64,000 nucleotides of DNA from a virus (IMGVR_UViG_2920292642_000002:19431-83430), one strand, 5' to 3'. Counted from the stretch's first letter, positions 18,042 to 26,975 are shown. A program made the numbers and translations. The notes: a model not told the origin generated them from the sequence alone.

Positions 18042-18510
18042 TCCAAATCTCCTCGGTATCAATGACCGGAAAACCCTGCTGGCGCGACCGGCAGACCATG
18101 TCGGCCGTCCCGGAGCCTCCGGGCATGGCCACGACGGCATGTGGGCGCGGCTGGCTGTCCAGTATGGCTTGGTTGCGGCGAGGCCCTGCGGCCTTCCTGA
18201 AGCGCTCCCAGTCGGCCTTGGTGATCGGCAGTGCACGCTCGCCGACTGAGTTCGATCGAGCCCAGAAGCCGAGCAGCTTGTCGGCACCTGTAGCGTTCCC
18301 GTGGGTGATGAAGCTCGGGTTGAGGATGGACTTGATCGGCTGCATCGAGAGATCGAGGAACTTCAAGTTAAGGAAATTCCGTCCACCGGTCCCGGCAATG
18401 ACAATGCGTTGGAGAGGACCCCAGCGCTCGATGATCTCAGTTAGAGCGGCGCGCGCCTCGGCTATCAGCGCGCGCCGGTATCTCTCCAACACCTTATCCG
18501 TCGTCGTCAT
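18025..18510 (-). CDS. SLOG/DUF2493-like Rossmann-fold protein (161 aa)
   Basis: IVIAGTGGRNF ... HAVVAMPGGSGTADMV pattern typical of phage YspA-like SLOG proteins. Confidence 0.45.
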   Translation of the reverse strand: MTTTDKVLERYRRALIAEARAALTEIIERWGPLQRIVIAGTGGRNFLNLKFLDLSMQPIKSILNPSFITHGNATGADKLLGFWARSNSVGERALPITKADWERFRKAAGPRRNQAILDSQPRPHAVVAMPGGSGTADMVCRSRQQGFPVIDTEEIWNGCLD

Positions 18511-19189
18511 TGGACGCTTCGATCTGGAGCGGCAGCGGGCCGGACTGGAGAGCGGTGATGCCGGCGCGATTGATCACGTTCTGCATGTAGCCGTGTATTT
18601 CCTGTTTGGCCTTCTCGACGACCTCTTCCGTGTACTCGGCGAAGGATTTTGCGAGGAAAGGATAGTTGGCGGTGAGGTCCTGAATGACCATATCAAGAGC
18701 GTCCTTGATCTCAGCCGTCTTACCCTTCGGCAGGTTCATGCTGTCGATCCTCTCCTGCACCGTCTTGATGCGTCCGACCGTCCGCTTCGAGGCTTCCTTG
18801 AACTCCTCGGCAGACTGCTTCGTCCGAGCTTCCGGATCAGGAAGCGCAGGGATGATCTCTCCACCGATGTAACGGATCGTGCACTGAGTTCCGTCGCCGA
18901 CGTTAGGCGACGAGATCAGCGTCGCCCACTGCGCCTCGGACATATCGATCTCGATCAACTGTCCACGAGCATGTGGTCGATCGTGATAGAGGCTGCGGTG
19001 AAGCTCGCTGCGCGCGATCCTGAGACGGATGGTGGCATTGTGTTGGAAGTCAGAGCCATAGAGGCTGGCACGCCCTCCGGTCATACGACTGACACCAACC
19101 TGCCCGAAGGCAGGATGTGTGGTGACAGTCTCTCTGTCTCTGCCGGGTCCCACGGCCGCTACGGTCTTCGGCTCTTCAACTGGTCTCAT
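18494..19189 (-). CDS. hypothetical protein (about 231 aa)
   Basis: ORF 18494..19210 taken from Met at 19189. Confidence 0.45.
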   Translation of the reverse strand: MRPVEEPKTVAAVGPGRDRETVTTHPAFGQVGVSRMTGGRASLYGSDFQHNATIRLRIARSELHRSLYHDRPHARGQLIEIDMSEAQWATLISSPNVGDGTQCTIRYIGGEIIPALPDPEARTKQSAEEFKEASKRTVGRIKTVQERIDSMNLPKGKTAEIKDALDMVIQDLTANYPFLAKSFAEYTEEVVEKAKQEIHGYMQNVINRAGITALQSGPLPLQIEASNDDDG

Positions 19190-19599
19190 CAGAACAAAAC
19201 CTCTCCCCAATTACGCCGCGACCTGATTGCGGCTTCGTCAATCATCGACTGTTTCCACTTGACCCGGCCGACGACTACCACGTCCTCGATCGGGTAACAG
19301 CATCCGGCCACGCCGGAGCCACAGACGTACTCAGCTTGGGTCTCGTCGCACCATGCAAGGCGCGTCTTACCCTTGCCTGTATCGAACTCGCGGCACGACT
19401 CTTCGAGGATGTCTGCGATGATGGCCTCGAATCCAGTCAGTTTCGACGGCTTTCGCACATGTGCCTTCATGTAGCCCGTGACGCGCCACGTGTAGGGTCG
19501 CTGTCGCCACTTGGCATCCTCCACCGCTCTAGGATGATCCTCGCGCAGTTGGATGATATCGCCGATCCGAGGCACAAAACGAACAAGGGCGGTGCCCAT
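19189..19599 (-). CDS. hypothetical protein (136 aa)
   Basis: ORF track. Confidence 0.45.
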   Translation of the reverse strand: MGTALVRFVPRIGDIIQLREDHPRAVEDAKWRQRPYTWRVTGYMKAHVRKPSKLTGFEAIIADILEESCREFDTGKGKTRLAWCDETQAEYVCGSGVAGCCYPIEDVVVVGRVKWKQSMIDEAAIRSRRNWGEVLF

Positions 19600-19678
19600 G
19601 AATCTATCTCCGTCGTGTTGACGTTGATAGATTTACTAGACACCACCCGTCAAGTCAATCTGGACAGTTCAGGCAAGG

Positions 19679-19873
19679 TTAATGCTGGACGCCCTGAACC
19701 TGTTTTCCGCAGCCGGGGCAGACGATATACCAGACGGTGTCTCTACCGCCACCGTAGTCGGTGTAGCTGAGGGTCTGGACTTCCGACCGGGTGTAACGGA
19801 GCCGGGAGGCGCACGAGCGGCAGGTGCATTCGAACACCTGCGACTCGTCCCGACCGACAATCTGAACCATCAA
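19679..19873 (-). CDS. small zinc-ribbon protein (64 aa; CTCRSC...CPGCGK)
   Basis: ORF track; 4-nt overlap with nadV start. Confidence 0.45.
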   Translation of the reverse strand: MMVQIVGRDESQVFECTCRSCASRLRYTRSEVQTLSYTDYGGGRDTVWYIVCPGCGKQVQGVQH

Positions 19874-21288
19874 AGCCCCCTGTACTGTGCCCGCTCTCGA
19901 ACCTCGGCGAAGTTCCAGTGCTTGATCATCGGCACGGTGCTACGATCATCCATCCGGTAGACCGTCTGGAGGAGATCGCCGGGGACGGTGTATGGTCCTT
20001 CCGTGGGGATGGTTACGATGCCTTCGGTGCCGGGCATCCGGATGACATGCTGCACGCCGGCCTTTGACGCCTTCGACGGGTCGGTCTTCGGCTTCTTCTG
20101 GACGCTGTACCACGAGCCATCCGTGCGACCGATCGCCGAGGCCTTCATGGCGAAGCGCAGCGTGTCGCGGTTGACGTGCTGAAGCAGGCCGGCACCCATG
20201 CCGAAGGCGACGTTGTCGAGCGACCAGCCGTTTCCGATCATGGCGTCGACGATCTCGGTCAGGCTCTCGCGATCGATGCCGTCGCCCTGAATGAGGCGGA
20301 CCTTCGGGTGCAGGACCTTGTAGCCCTTCGAGTTGGTGGTGAAGCCCCATTCGTCGGCAAGCATCTCCAGCGACGACAAGACCAGATCAAGCGGATCGCC
20401 GCTGTCCGGGCGGATCACCAACGTCCCCTCGCGCGCATTCACGAGAGCACTCAGGTCACGACTCCAAATCTTCTGGAGTGCGTTCCAGTAGTCGTAGCTG
20501 TCGGAGACGACGGCGACGAGTCCACGCGGGAACTTCTCCAGCATGTTGCGATAGGCGTCGTTCTCGCGATCCGCACCCCACGACGTGATCGTGCTGTGCT
20601 CGGCGGCCGGGATCGAGAAGCCAGCCATGCCAGCATGGTAGTAGCGCTGGGCGAAGTACGCACCCATCATGGTGTCAGTGCCCTTGAAGTTCACCAGATG
20701 CGCCGCGCCGCCGATGCCGGCCTGCTCATTTGCACCCGTACCACGCGCGCCGAAATCATGGAGCTTGAACGGGGCCTGCCCGGCAGGATCATCGGACGAC
20801 CGCATCAGCGCGTCGACGATCACCTTCTTGATCTCGCGCGAGTTGGTGGCCACGGTCGACGGATACCAGACCGCGCGCAGCAGCGCCGTCTCGACGTAGC
20901 TGGTCAGCCACGGCAGGCGCGGATCGGTGTTGACAACCTGCACCATCGGAGTCCCGGTTGGCACCACCGTGCCCTCGGAAAGCGCCTTGATCTCTAGTGG
21001 TAGATATCCGTCGTATTCGTGAGCGATGATCTCCCAGCCGGTGCGATTGAACGGTACGCCGTGCGCCTCGCAGAAGGCCTCAGCCTCATCGATCACATTG
21101 GCGGTGACCTGCGGACCCCACAGCAGATATTCCTTGATGAACATCTGGAGGCCGAAGAAGACGACCTCGTCGTAGCCCTCCACCGGCCGCGCCTCGATGT
21201 AAGAGTTCACGAAGGCCGTCTCAGGCGGGTACTGGAGGAAGTGCGAAGTCTTGTAGCTGTCGGTATTCAGAATCGGATTGATCTTCAT
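19870..21288 (-). CDS. nadV: nicotinamide phosphoribosyltransferase (NadV/NAMPT)
   Basis: N-terminus MKINPILNTDSYKTSHFLQYP and full-length 472 aa NAMPT-like sequence. Confidence 0.9.
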   Translation of the reverse strand: MKINPILNTDSYKTSHFLQYPPETAFVNSYIEARPVEGYDEVVFFGLQMFIKEYLLWGPQVTANVIDEAEAFCEAHGVPFNRTGWEIIAHEYDGYLPLEIKALSEGTVVPTGTPMVQVVNTDPRLPWLTSYVETALLRAVWYPSTVATNSREIKKVIVDALMRSSDDPAGQAPFKLHDFGARGTGANEQAGIGGAAHLVNFKGTDTMMGAYFAQRYYHAGMAGFSIPAAEHSTITSWGADRENDAYRNMLEKFPRGLVAVVSDSYDYWNALQKIWSRDLSALVNAREGTLVIRPDSGDPLDLVLSSLEMLADEWGFTTNSKGYKVLHPKVRLIQGDGIDRESLTEIVDAMIGNGWSLDNVAFGMGAGLLQHVNRDTLRFAMKASAIGRTDGSWYSVQKKPKTDPSKASKAGVQHVIRMPGTEGIVTIPTEGPYTVPGDLLQTVYRMDDRSTVPMIKHWNFAEVRERAQYRGL

Positions 21289-21290
21289 GA

Positions 21291-22304
21291 TTACAGTCCC
21301 AACATGTCCTGAATGATGCTGAAGTGATCTTCGAAGAACTCACCGCGCTCCAGTGAGTCGACCGGGTGCCAGTTGGCACTCTCGGCGTCGTCCGCGCCGT
21401 TCACCCGCCACAACGGCTTGGCGTCCGGCAGACGGAACAGGAAGGCGTGCGTTACCGTCCGACCGCGAGTTGACCGATAGGGATTGTCGAAGACCTTGCT
21501 CTCGGTGATGTACGTGTCTAGCCGGCCGGGAGGGATGCGTCCGCGCCCGTCCGCGATCTCCGTCTCCTCGCGCAGTTCACGCACGGCCGCTGTACGGATG
21601 CGCTCGTACTGGTCGATGAAGCCGCCCGGCAGTGCGAGCAGACCCTTGCCGGGATAGTCTCCGCGCCGGATCAGGAGGATGTGGCCGGACTGGACGACGA
21701 CGGCGTCGACCGTGATGAAGGTCGGCGGGAAGGGTGCCGCCTCCCACGAGCGCCGGTAGCGCGAGATCGACTCGTGCTCGTAGTGGAGATTCCAATAGAA
21801 GTCGGAACTTACCCAGTCGTTCAGATATTGCCCGACTTCAGCAGGCATGGCCGTCGCGTCGATCTTCTTGAGGAAGGAGAAATAGGCGTTACGAATCGTG
21901 GTCGCGTCGAGCGTTCTGCGCGTCGACTGGATGTCGAGCGAGCCCCAGTCCGGGAAGAGCTTCAGATAGAAACTCGACTGATCCTTCGAGTAGCCGACCA
22001 GAACGATGTCGTCGCCATAGGCGTTTTCGTTCACGCTGTTGCGGACCTCAGCGATCCAGCGCTCATCGCTGGGATAGTCGCAGATCGGCAGGAACTCGAC
22101 CCGGCCGATCTCCTCGTCGGACAGGGTGCGGCTGATCATCTGCACCCGTTCATGGAACAGCCACGGGTTGCGCGTCGACCGCGCCGCGCCGGCCGAGCCG
22201 ACGAGGATCAGAAGTTTGTCGAGTTGGGAAAGAGATTCGCGGACGATCTGGAGATGGCCGCAGTGAAAGGGCTGGAAACGCCCTATAAAGACGCCAGTGC
22301 GCAT
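21291..22304 (-). CDS. natV: bifunctional NMN adenylyltransferase / Nudix ADP-ribose pyrophosphatase (NatV/NadM-Nudix)
   Basis: N-terminal nucleotidyltransferase GRFQPFHCGHL (HxGH) plus C-terminal Nudix box GGFIDQYERIRTAAVRELREETE. Confidence 0.85.
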   Translation of the reverse strand: MRTGVFIGRFQPFHCGHLQIVRESLSQLDKLLILVGSAGAARSTRNPWLFHERVQMISRTLSDEEIGRVEFLPICDYPSDERWIAEVRNSVNENAYGDDIVLVGYSKDQSSFYLKLFPDWGSLDIQSTRRTLDATTIRNAYFSFLKKIDATAMPAEVGQYLNDWVSSDFYWNLHYEHESISRYRRSWEAAPFPPTFITVDAVVVQSGHILLIRRGDYPGKGLLALPGGFIDQYERIRTAAVRELREETEIADGRGRIPPGRLDTYITESKVFDNPYRSTRGRTVTHAFLFRLPDAKPLWRVNGADDAESANWHPVDSLERGEFFEDHFSIIQDMLGL

Positions 22305-22392
22305 GAGACACCCTCATGATGTTGAAGAGGTCACGCCCACCGCGTGACCATGCTCTTACTACTCCGATCGGAGTCGTTTGTCAAGAATTAGT

Positions 22393-22932
22393 TTACATCG
22401 CCAGAACAGGACTGAGTTCGGCAAGCCGCTGCAACGGCATCCGCTGGTCGGCGATCATGCGGTAGAGCGGCATCTGTTCGCGACCACCTTGGAAGAAGGT
22501 CATCATGAAGAAATCGAACTCGTCGATGTGCTTGCCGGCCCAGATCGGATCGCGCGTCAGAAGGTCATGCTGGTGGTGGCAGTAGCGATCGGCGAGCTTG
22601 ACCAGCGACGCCCGTGGATCGGACGCAGCGCGCGGCAGTGAGATGGCCTTGGCTTCGCTCCGGGACAATCCCTCGGGATCGGTCACGAGGTCGACGATCC
22701 GCGCAATCTCGTTGCCGTAGGCGTAGCGGATGTCCTCGCTCTCGACATCGGTATCCTCGACGATGTCGTGCAGCCACGCCGCCGCGATGGTCTCCTGATC
22801 GGTCGTGAACAGTGCCACCATCCCGGCGACGGCCGTCAGGTGGTGCGTGTAGGGAAGATTGCCGTAGGTCTGGTTGCGGTGATGCTCGACCGCGAGCGCA
22901 CGCGCCGTATCGGCGACAGTTCGGTTTTTCAT
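22393..22932 (-). CDS. HD-domain (p)ppGpp hydrolase-like protein (small alarmone hydrolase-like)
   Basis: HHRNQTYGNLPYTHHLTAVAGMVA ... AAWLHDIVEDT resembles RelA/SpoT HD hydrolase domain; start at MKNRTV after GGAGAC RBS. Confidence 0.65.
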   Translation of the reverse strand: MKNRTVADTARALAVEHHRNQTYGNLPYTHHLTAVAGMVALFTTDQETIAAAWLHDIVEDTDVESEDIRYAYGNEIARIVDLVTDPEGLSRSEAKAISLPRAASDPRASLVKLADRYCHHQHDLLTRDPIWAGKHIDEFDFFMMTFFQGGREQMPLYRMIADQRMPLQRLAELSPVLAM

Positions 22933-23042
22933 ACAGGTCTCCTTGAGCCGGTCAGAGGTAATCCTTGACCTCCCGGACTGTCCAGAGTATCTGTCCAAGA
23001 CTGCGCGACTGTCAAGCGTATCTTTTCACTCTTATGGTTAAC

Positions 23043-23117
23043 GACGTGGTGGCGGAGTGGCTTACGCGCCGGATTGCAACCCCGGTCACGCCGGTTCAAT
23101 TCCGGCTCACGTCTCCA
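23043..23117 (+). tRNA. tRNA-Cys(GCA), CCA encoded, U73 discriminator
   Basis: manual cloverleaf: acceptor GACGTGG/TCACGTC, T-arm GCCGG-TTCAATT-CCGGC, anticodon loop TTGCAAC; A31-C39 mismatch. Confidence 0.6.
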
Positions 23118-23131
23118 ACTCCCCTGAGCAA

Positions 23132-23356
23132 ATGCGGCATTTCAAGATCATCACTCAAGACGACTGCAAATACTGTGACCGCGCGAAGGCGCTGATTCGG
23201 GAGATGGGTGATACCTTCTCCGAGATCAATCTTTCGACATTCACTGAGGAGGCGCGGGGCGCGTTCAAGAAACGCTACGGGACCGTTCCGCAGGTCTTCC
23301 TCGAAACGGTGCGCATTGGCGGCTCCGACGATCTTGCGGCATGGTACGCTACTTAG
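23132..23356 (+). CDS. glutaredoxin-like protein (NrdH/Grx family, 74 aa)
   Basis: CKYC active site and GTVPQVF...GG motif. Confidence 0.7.
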   Translation: MRHFKIITQDDCKYCDRAKALIREMGDTFSEINLSTFTEEARGAFKKRYGTVPQVFLETVRIGGSDDLAAWYAT

Positions 23357-23816
23357 CCGACTCCTTGACGTGGTAGGCGTCGCCTTCCTTGTCCTTGACC
23401 AGTATTCCCCTCTTGGCCATCTCGGACAGAGCGGCCCATACCGTCTGCTTGCGGATACCATCACCGAGCGCTGCGATGATCTCGGCGCTCGTCATCGGAC
23501 GTTCCTGACCAATTAATATGGTTGTGATTTGCTGCTTTATCGGCGGTTTTTTCTCGATAACGGCCGACATGAAATCCTTTGCGGCGCGCTTCGTAGATGG
23601 TGGGTTTACCGGGCCATTCGATTTTCGAGTCTTGGGAGCGGCGTGCGATTCCGTTTGTCGTTGCTGGTCGGCTTTCTTGAAGGAGTGGTAGGCCCCGGCC
23701 TCGATCGGCTCTCGGAGAGATTCGATCGTGTTTCTGACATCCTCCAATTTGTTTATTCTGATTTTTAATGCTTCGATCTCGCGGTCGATCTGGGCGCACA
23801 TCGCATCGATGTCCAT
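23349..23816 (-). CDS. hypothetical protein with C-terminal winged-helix DNA-binding domain
   Basis: TSAEIIAALGDGIRKQTVWAALSEMAKRGILV resembles wHTH regulators. Confidence 0.45.
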   Translation of the reverse strand: MDIDAMCAQIDREIEALKIRINKLEDVRNTIESLREPIEAGAYHSFKKADQQRQTESHAAPKTRKSNGPVNPPSTKRAAKDFMSAVIEKKPPIKQQITTILIGQERPMTSAEIIAALGDGIRKQTVWAALSEMAKRGILVKDKEGDAYHVKESAK

Positions 23817-24099
23817 TAACGACTCCCTGTCCCCTTGGTTTGTTGTTGCTGCGGTTCTCCGCAGACGATTACCTCACCCAAGGTCAGACCTTATCTGAAA
23901 TATGGCATCATGGGTATAACTCGTGCGTTAAGGAGGCTGGAAATTAACGGACGAAATCATAAGTCATTATGTCGCATAATTCGTCGGCTTTTAAGCCGGG
24001 TGGGTGCACCATCTAGGGTGCTTTCTGAAGGCGGGCAAGCGACTCATACGTGTACGCATGAAAAAGCCCCGACCGCTATCGGCCGGGGCTCTGTACTCA

Positions 24100-24417
24100 T
24101 CACATTTTGTCGAAATCGACAGCGTCATTGACCGGGATTAGAAGCTCTTCGAGATCGAGCATCACGTCCTCGTACTTCTTGATGAAGGCCTTGGTCACCT
24201 GCACGTCCGGGAGCGCGACGCTGTTGGGCTGGGCGTAGAGGGTGCCGAGCCCATCGACGTAAGCATCCTTGTTGACCTGCCTGACGCGGAGGGTCGTGTC
24301 ACCCTTCGGGCGCTCATGCTTGAACCAGTTCCAGAATGCCTTGTCGACATCCTCGGCCTTGCCCCACGAATTTCCTCCGACCACGATAAAGTGGTTGAGC
24401 GGCTGTTGCTCACTCAT
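24100..24417 (-). CDS. hypothetical protein (105 aa)
   Basis: ORF track; followed by hairpin plus U-tract at 24059-24092. Confidence 0.5.
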   Translation of the reverse strand: MSEQQPLNHFIVVGGNSWGKAEDVDKAFWNWFKHERPKGDTTLRVRQVNKDAYVDGLGTLYAQPNSVALPDVQVTKAFIKKYEDVMLDLEELLIPVNDAVDFDKM

Positions 24418-25106
24418 GTTGACACTCCTATAAGGTTTTCAAAGAACATTCCGCCTCATTGGCAGCATCTATATCATAGCATATCTGGTTGATATTGCAA
24501 CAACTTTGTTCTTTGTAAGAATACTTGCGAGACAAGACTAGGTTGAGTGCAGACTAACTTTGAATACTACTGCAAACACGAAAAAGGCCCGGTGGGAGAC
24601 GGGCCTTGATGGTTAGGGGTTGAGTGCAGAGACTAACATCGCAGGAATGATGACGATCTGGAGGAGAGCGGCTGGTCTTGATCCGCAGACCTCTCCCGAG
24701 GTCCCAACCGTTTTCGAGACGGTGCCGGCGCGCCTGTCCGGTTCACTCTCCATAACTGGTCCGAGGGGAGAGAATTTGCACTCCCACAGTCTAAGACGGC
24801 CGCTTTACAGGCGGTTAGGCTCACTCGTGCCCAGCCCTCGGATGCGCGATCGCGTATAAAGCGAGTTTATCCGGAATCGCGTATAAATGGCGGAAGGCGG
24901 TGGCCCTGATCCACTAACCCGTGCGGGTCTCATCCGTTTAGCAAACGGAGCCGGCCCGAGCCGGTTCACCTTCCAGAAATGAAATGGAGGAGACGGAGAG
25001 CAGGCCAGTATCGCTCGCGCTCGATTACGGGCGCGCCGGCCTGTCTCCTAGCCCTCTTACTCGCGCCATCCTATCGAGCCAACAGGACCGCTTCGGCAGG
25101 GCATCT

Positions 25107-25192
25107 TGGCGGAGAGCGGAGAACTCGAATCCCACACCTTGCGGTGCGCTTCGCCTTCCAAGCGGGCCGGGAACCTATCCCGTTCACTCTCC
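25107..25192 (-). tRNA. tRNA-Ser(GGA), class II
   Basis: manual fold: acceptor GGAGAGU/GCUCUCC, long variable arm, loop UUGGAAG, T-loop TTCGAGT, CCA encoded. Confidence 0.5.
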
Positions 25193-25196
25193 ATAC

Positions 25197-25272
25197 TGGT
25201 CCCAGCGGCAGGATTCGAACCTGCGACCTCTCCCTTATGAGGGGAAAGCACTACCGCCGTGCTCCACTGGGT
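25197..25272 (-). tRNA. tRNA-Met(CAT) (elongator or Ile-lysidine type)
   Basis: manual fold: T-arm GCAGG-TTCGAAT-CCTGC, anticodon loop CTCATAA, CCA encoded. Confidence 0.6.
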
Positions 25273-25748
25273 TAATCGCGTCGGACCACCTGAATGGGGC
25301 CGTCCGACAGAATGTCGTGCTTGATGCAGACCTCGACGGCGCGCTCGGCCGTCGCGCCCATCTCCAGAGCACCCACGGCGATCATGTCGCCGGAGCCGAA
25401 GACGTGCCATTCGCTCTCGACCTCGTAAGGTGGATCGTCCCCCTCGAAGCGGATGCAGACGCCGTCCGGCTTGATCACGAAGCCGGTGCAGTTGTCGTCC
25501 TTCCCAGTCGGCTCGATCCGAGGACTGCTGTACTCCAGATTCTGGAGGAACTTGGGGAAGTTGTCCGAGCGGCACCAGCGGATGAACTTGGCGACGTAGG
25601 GCGCTTCGCCGGTCCCACCGACGAGGTAGGCTTCACCATCGACATCGACGCGAGCGATCTTCTCGGCGTGGCCGAGCACGTTCCAGTTGCGTCGGATCAA
25701 CTGAGAATCCGACGCAAGGACACCGTCACGATAGACGAGGACAGTCAT
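25272..25748 (-). CDS. HslV-like N-terminal-nucleophile peptidase (proteasome beta-subunit family)
   Basis: MTVLVYRDG N-terminus (Thr2) and GSGDMIAVGALEMGATAERAVEV similar to HslV. Confidence 0.5.
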   Translation of the reverse strand: MTVLVYRDGVLASDSQLIRRNWNVLGHAEKIARVDVDGEAYLVGGTGEAPYVAKFIRWCRSDNFPKFLQNLEYSSPRIEPTGKDDNCTGFVIKPDGVCIRFEGDDPPYEVESEWHVFGSGDMIAVGALEMGATAERAVEVCIKHDILSDGPIQVVRRD

Positions 25749-26131
25749 CAGTAGCGCGCCGCGCCGAGCGAACGGGAAGGCGCAGCGCCCAGACCGGTCT
25801 CGGTGGACTTCTTGCCCTTCTTCTTGTTGTCGTCGAAGAACTTGTCGAGCGACTGGACCTGCACCGCCTTGACGATCAGGCGAACGATCGCGACCGGGTA
25901 GGTATTGGCCGAGGCCGAAACATCTCCGAAAGTGGCGATCGACGACTCGGTGTCGCCATTGCCGATCTTCCCGCCGACATCCCCCTTTCCGAGGATCGAA
26001 TTGACGGCCGCAGCCGCCTTGGTCACGTCGGTGAGGTCGGTGCCGAGGAGATTGTTCGCTGCTGCGAGCGCCGCGTCCTCGTCGTTGAGCTTGCTGATTT
26101 CGACCAGCTTCTCGAAGTCGTTTCTGTCCAT
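25748..26131 (-). CDS. hypothetical protein (127 aa)
   Basis: ORF track. Confidence 0.45.
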   Translation of the reverse strand: MDRNDFEKLVEISKLNDEDAALAAANNLLGTDLTDVTKAAAAVNSILGKGDVGGKIGNGDTESSIATFGDVSASANTYPVAIVRLIVKAVQVQSLDKFFDDNKKKGKKSTETGLGAAPSRSLGAARY

Positions 26132-26203
26132 GCCCGGAACTCCCTTGTGGTTAGGCTTGCGGGATTCCGTTTAGGGGTTCTTTACGGCAGTGTCAAGAAA
26201 AAC

Positions 26204-26277
26204 TGGATGCCCTGCCACGACTCGAACGTGGACTCATCGCTTCAAAGGCGCGCGTCCTACCTTTAGACGACAGGGCA
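26204..26277 (-). tRNA. tRNA-Gln(TTG)-like; weak anticodon stem
   Basis: manual fold: acceptor TGCCCTG/CAGGGCA, T-arm CCACG-TTCGAGT-CGTGG, loop CTTTGAA, CCA encoded. Confidence 0.5.
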
Positions 26278-26287
26278 GGAGTGAGGG

Positions 26288-26360
26288 TGGCTCGGCAGGT
26301 ACGGGTCGAACGTACATCGGCTGATTCAGAGTCAGCGTGCTTACCATTAGCGACTGCCGA
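26288..26360 (-). tRNA. tRNA-Gln(CTG)
   Basis: manual fold: anticodon arm GCTGA-CTCTGAA-TCAGC, T-arm GTACG-TTCGACC-CGTAC, CCA encoded. Confidence 0.6.
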
Positions 26361-26366
26361 ATAAAC

Positions 26367-26443
26367 TGGTGCCAAGGGGAAGTTTCGAGCTTCCGACCTC
26401 CGGGGTTTCAATCCGGCGCTCTAACCATCTGAGCTACCAAGGC
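26367..26443 (-). tRNA. tRNA-Phe(GAA)-like; U-U mismatches in acceptor stem
   Basis: manual fold: D-arm GCTC-AGATGGTTA-GAGC, loop TTGAAAC, T-loop CTCGAAA, CCA encoded. Confidence 0.5.
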
Positions 26444-26451
26444 ATAAAAAT

Positions 26452-26537
26452 TGGCTCGCGAGGGAGGGATCGAACCTCCGCCCCCTTCGGGGTCCACCGG
26501 TTAACAGCCGGGAACATTACCACTCTGCCACTCGCAA
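26452..26537 (-). tRNA. class II (long variable arm) tRNA with anticodon loop CTGTTAA (reads GTT/Asn-like; one base from Tyr GTA)
   Basis: manual fold: variable arm CCCCGAAGGGGG, T-arm GGAGG-TTCGATC-CCTCC, acceptor starts UU. Confidence 0.45.
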
Positions 26538-26546
26538 TCATAACAC

Positions 26547-26634
26547 TGGAGAACCGGGTGGGGATCGAACCCACGGTGGGCTTTCGCCATCGGATTAAAA
26601 GTCCGCGCCCTTCGACCAACTTGGATACCGGTTC
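26547..26634 (-). tRNA. class II scaffold tRNA with Lys anticodon TTT
   Basis: manual fold 88 nt: acceptor GAACCGG/CCGGTTC, variable arm GGCGAAAGCC, loop CTTTTAA, T-arm GTGGG-TTCGATC-CCCAC. Confidence 0.45.
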
Positions 26635-26640
26635 ACGATC

Positions 26641-26715
26641 TGGAGCCCTGCTCGGGGACCGCACCCGCTTCTACCGCTTACAAGGCGGCTGCTTCACTCT
26701 CAAAGCTTTCAGGGC
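26641..26715 (-). tRNA. tRNA-Thr(TGT)-like; non-canonical T-loop TGCGGTC
   Basis: manual fold: D-arm GCTT-TGAGAGTG-AAGC, anticodon arm GCCGC-CTTGTAA-GCGGT. Confidence 0.5.
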
Positions 26716-26721
26716 ATTGTC

Positions 26722-26796
26722 TGGAGCCTCGGTCGGGAACTGCACCCGCTTCTGACCGGTACGAACGGCCTGCTTCACTCGCAAAGCTTTCGAGGC
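26722..26796 (-). tRNA. tRNA-Thr(CGT)-like; non-canonical T-loop TGCAGTT
   Basis: paralog of previous unit; anticodon arm GGCCG-TTCGTAC-CGGTC. Confidence 0.5.
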
Positions 26797-26807
26797 ATAA
26801 TAAATAA

Positions 26808-26895
26808 TGGAGTACCCGGCTGGATTCGAACCAGCGGTGTGCTTTCGCAGGCGGATTAAGAGTCCGACGCCATCGACCAACTCGGCCACGGGTAC
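26808..26895 (-). tRNA. class II scaffold tRNA with Lys anticodon CTT
   Basis: manual fold 88 nt: D-arm GCC-GAGTTGGTCGAT-GGC (Ser-like), loop CTCTTAA, variable arm TGCGAAAGCA, T-arm GCTGG-TTCGAAT-CCAGC. Confidence 0.45.
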
Positions 26896-26901
26896 ATTAG
26901 C

Positions 26902-26975
26902 TGGAGCCGACACGTGGAATTGAACCACGGCTCCGTCCTTACCACGGACGGCGTCTACCACTGACATATATCGGC
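26902..26975 (-). tRNA. tRNA-Thr(GGT)
   Basis: manual fold: anticodon arm CGTCC-GTGGTAA-GGACG, T-arm CGTGG-TTCAATT-CCACG. Confidence 0.6.

Noticed and set aside
24984-25754. 256-aa plus-strand ORF and other ORFs across 24620..25575
   Set aside because: They overlap two tRNA genes and the HslV-like gene on the opposite strand; composition is shadow-like.
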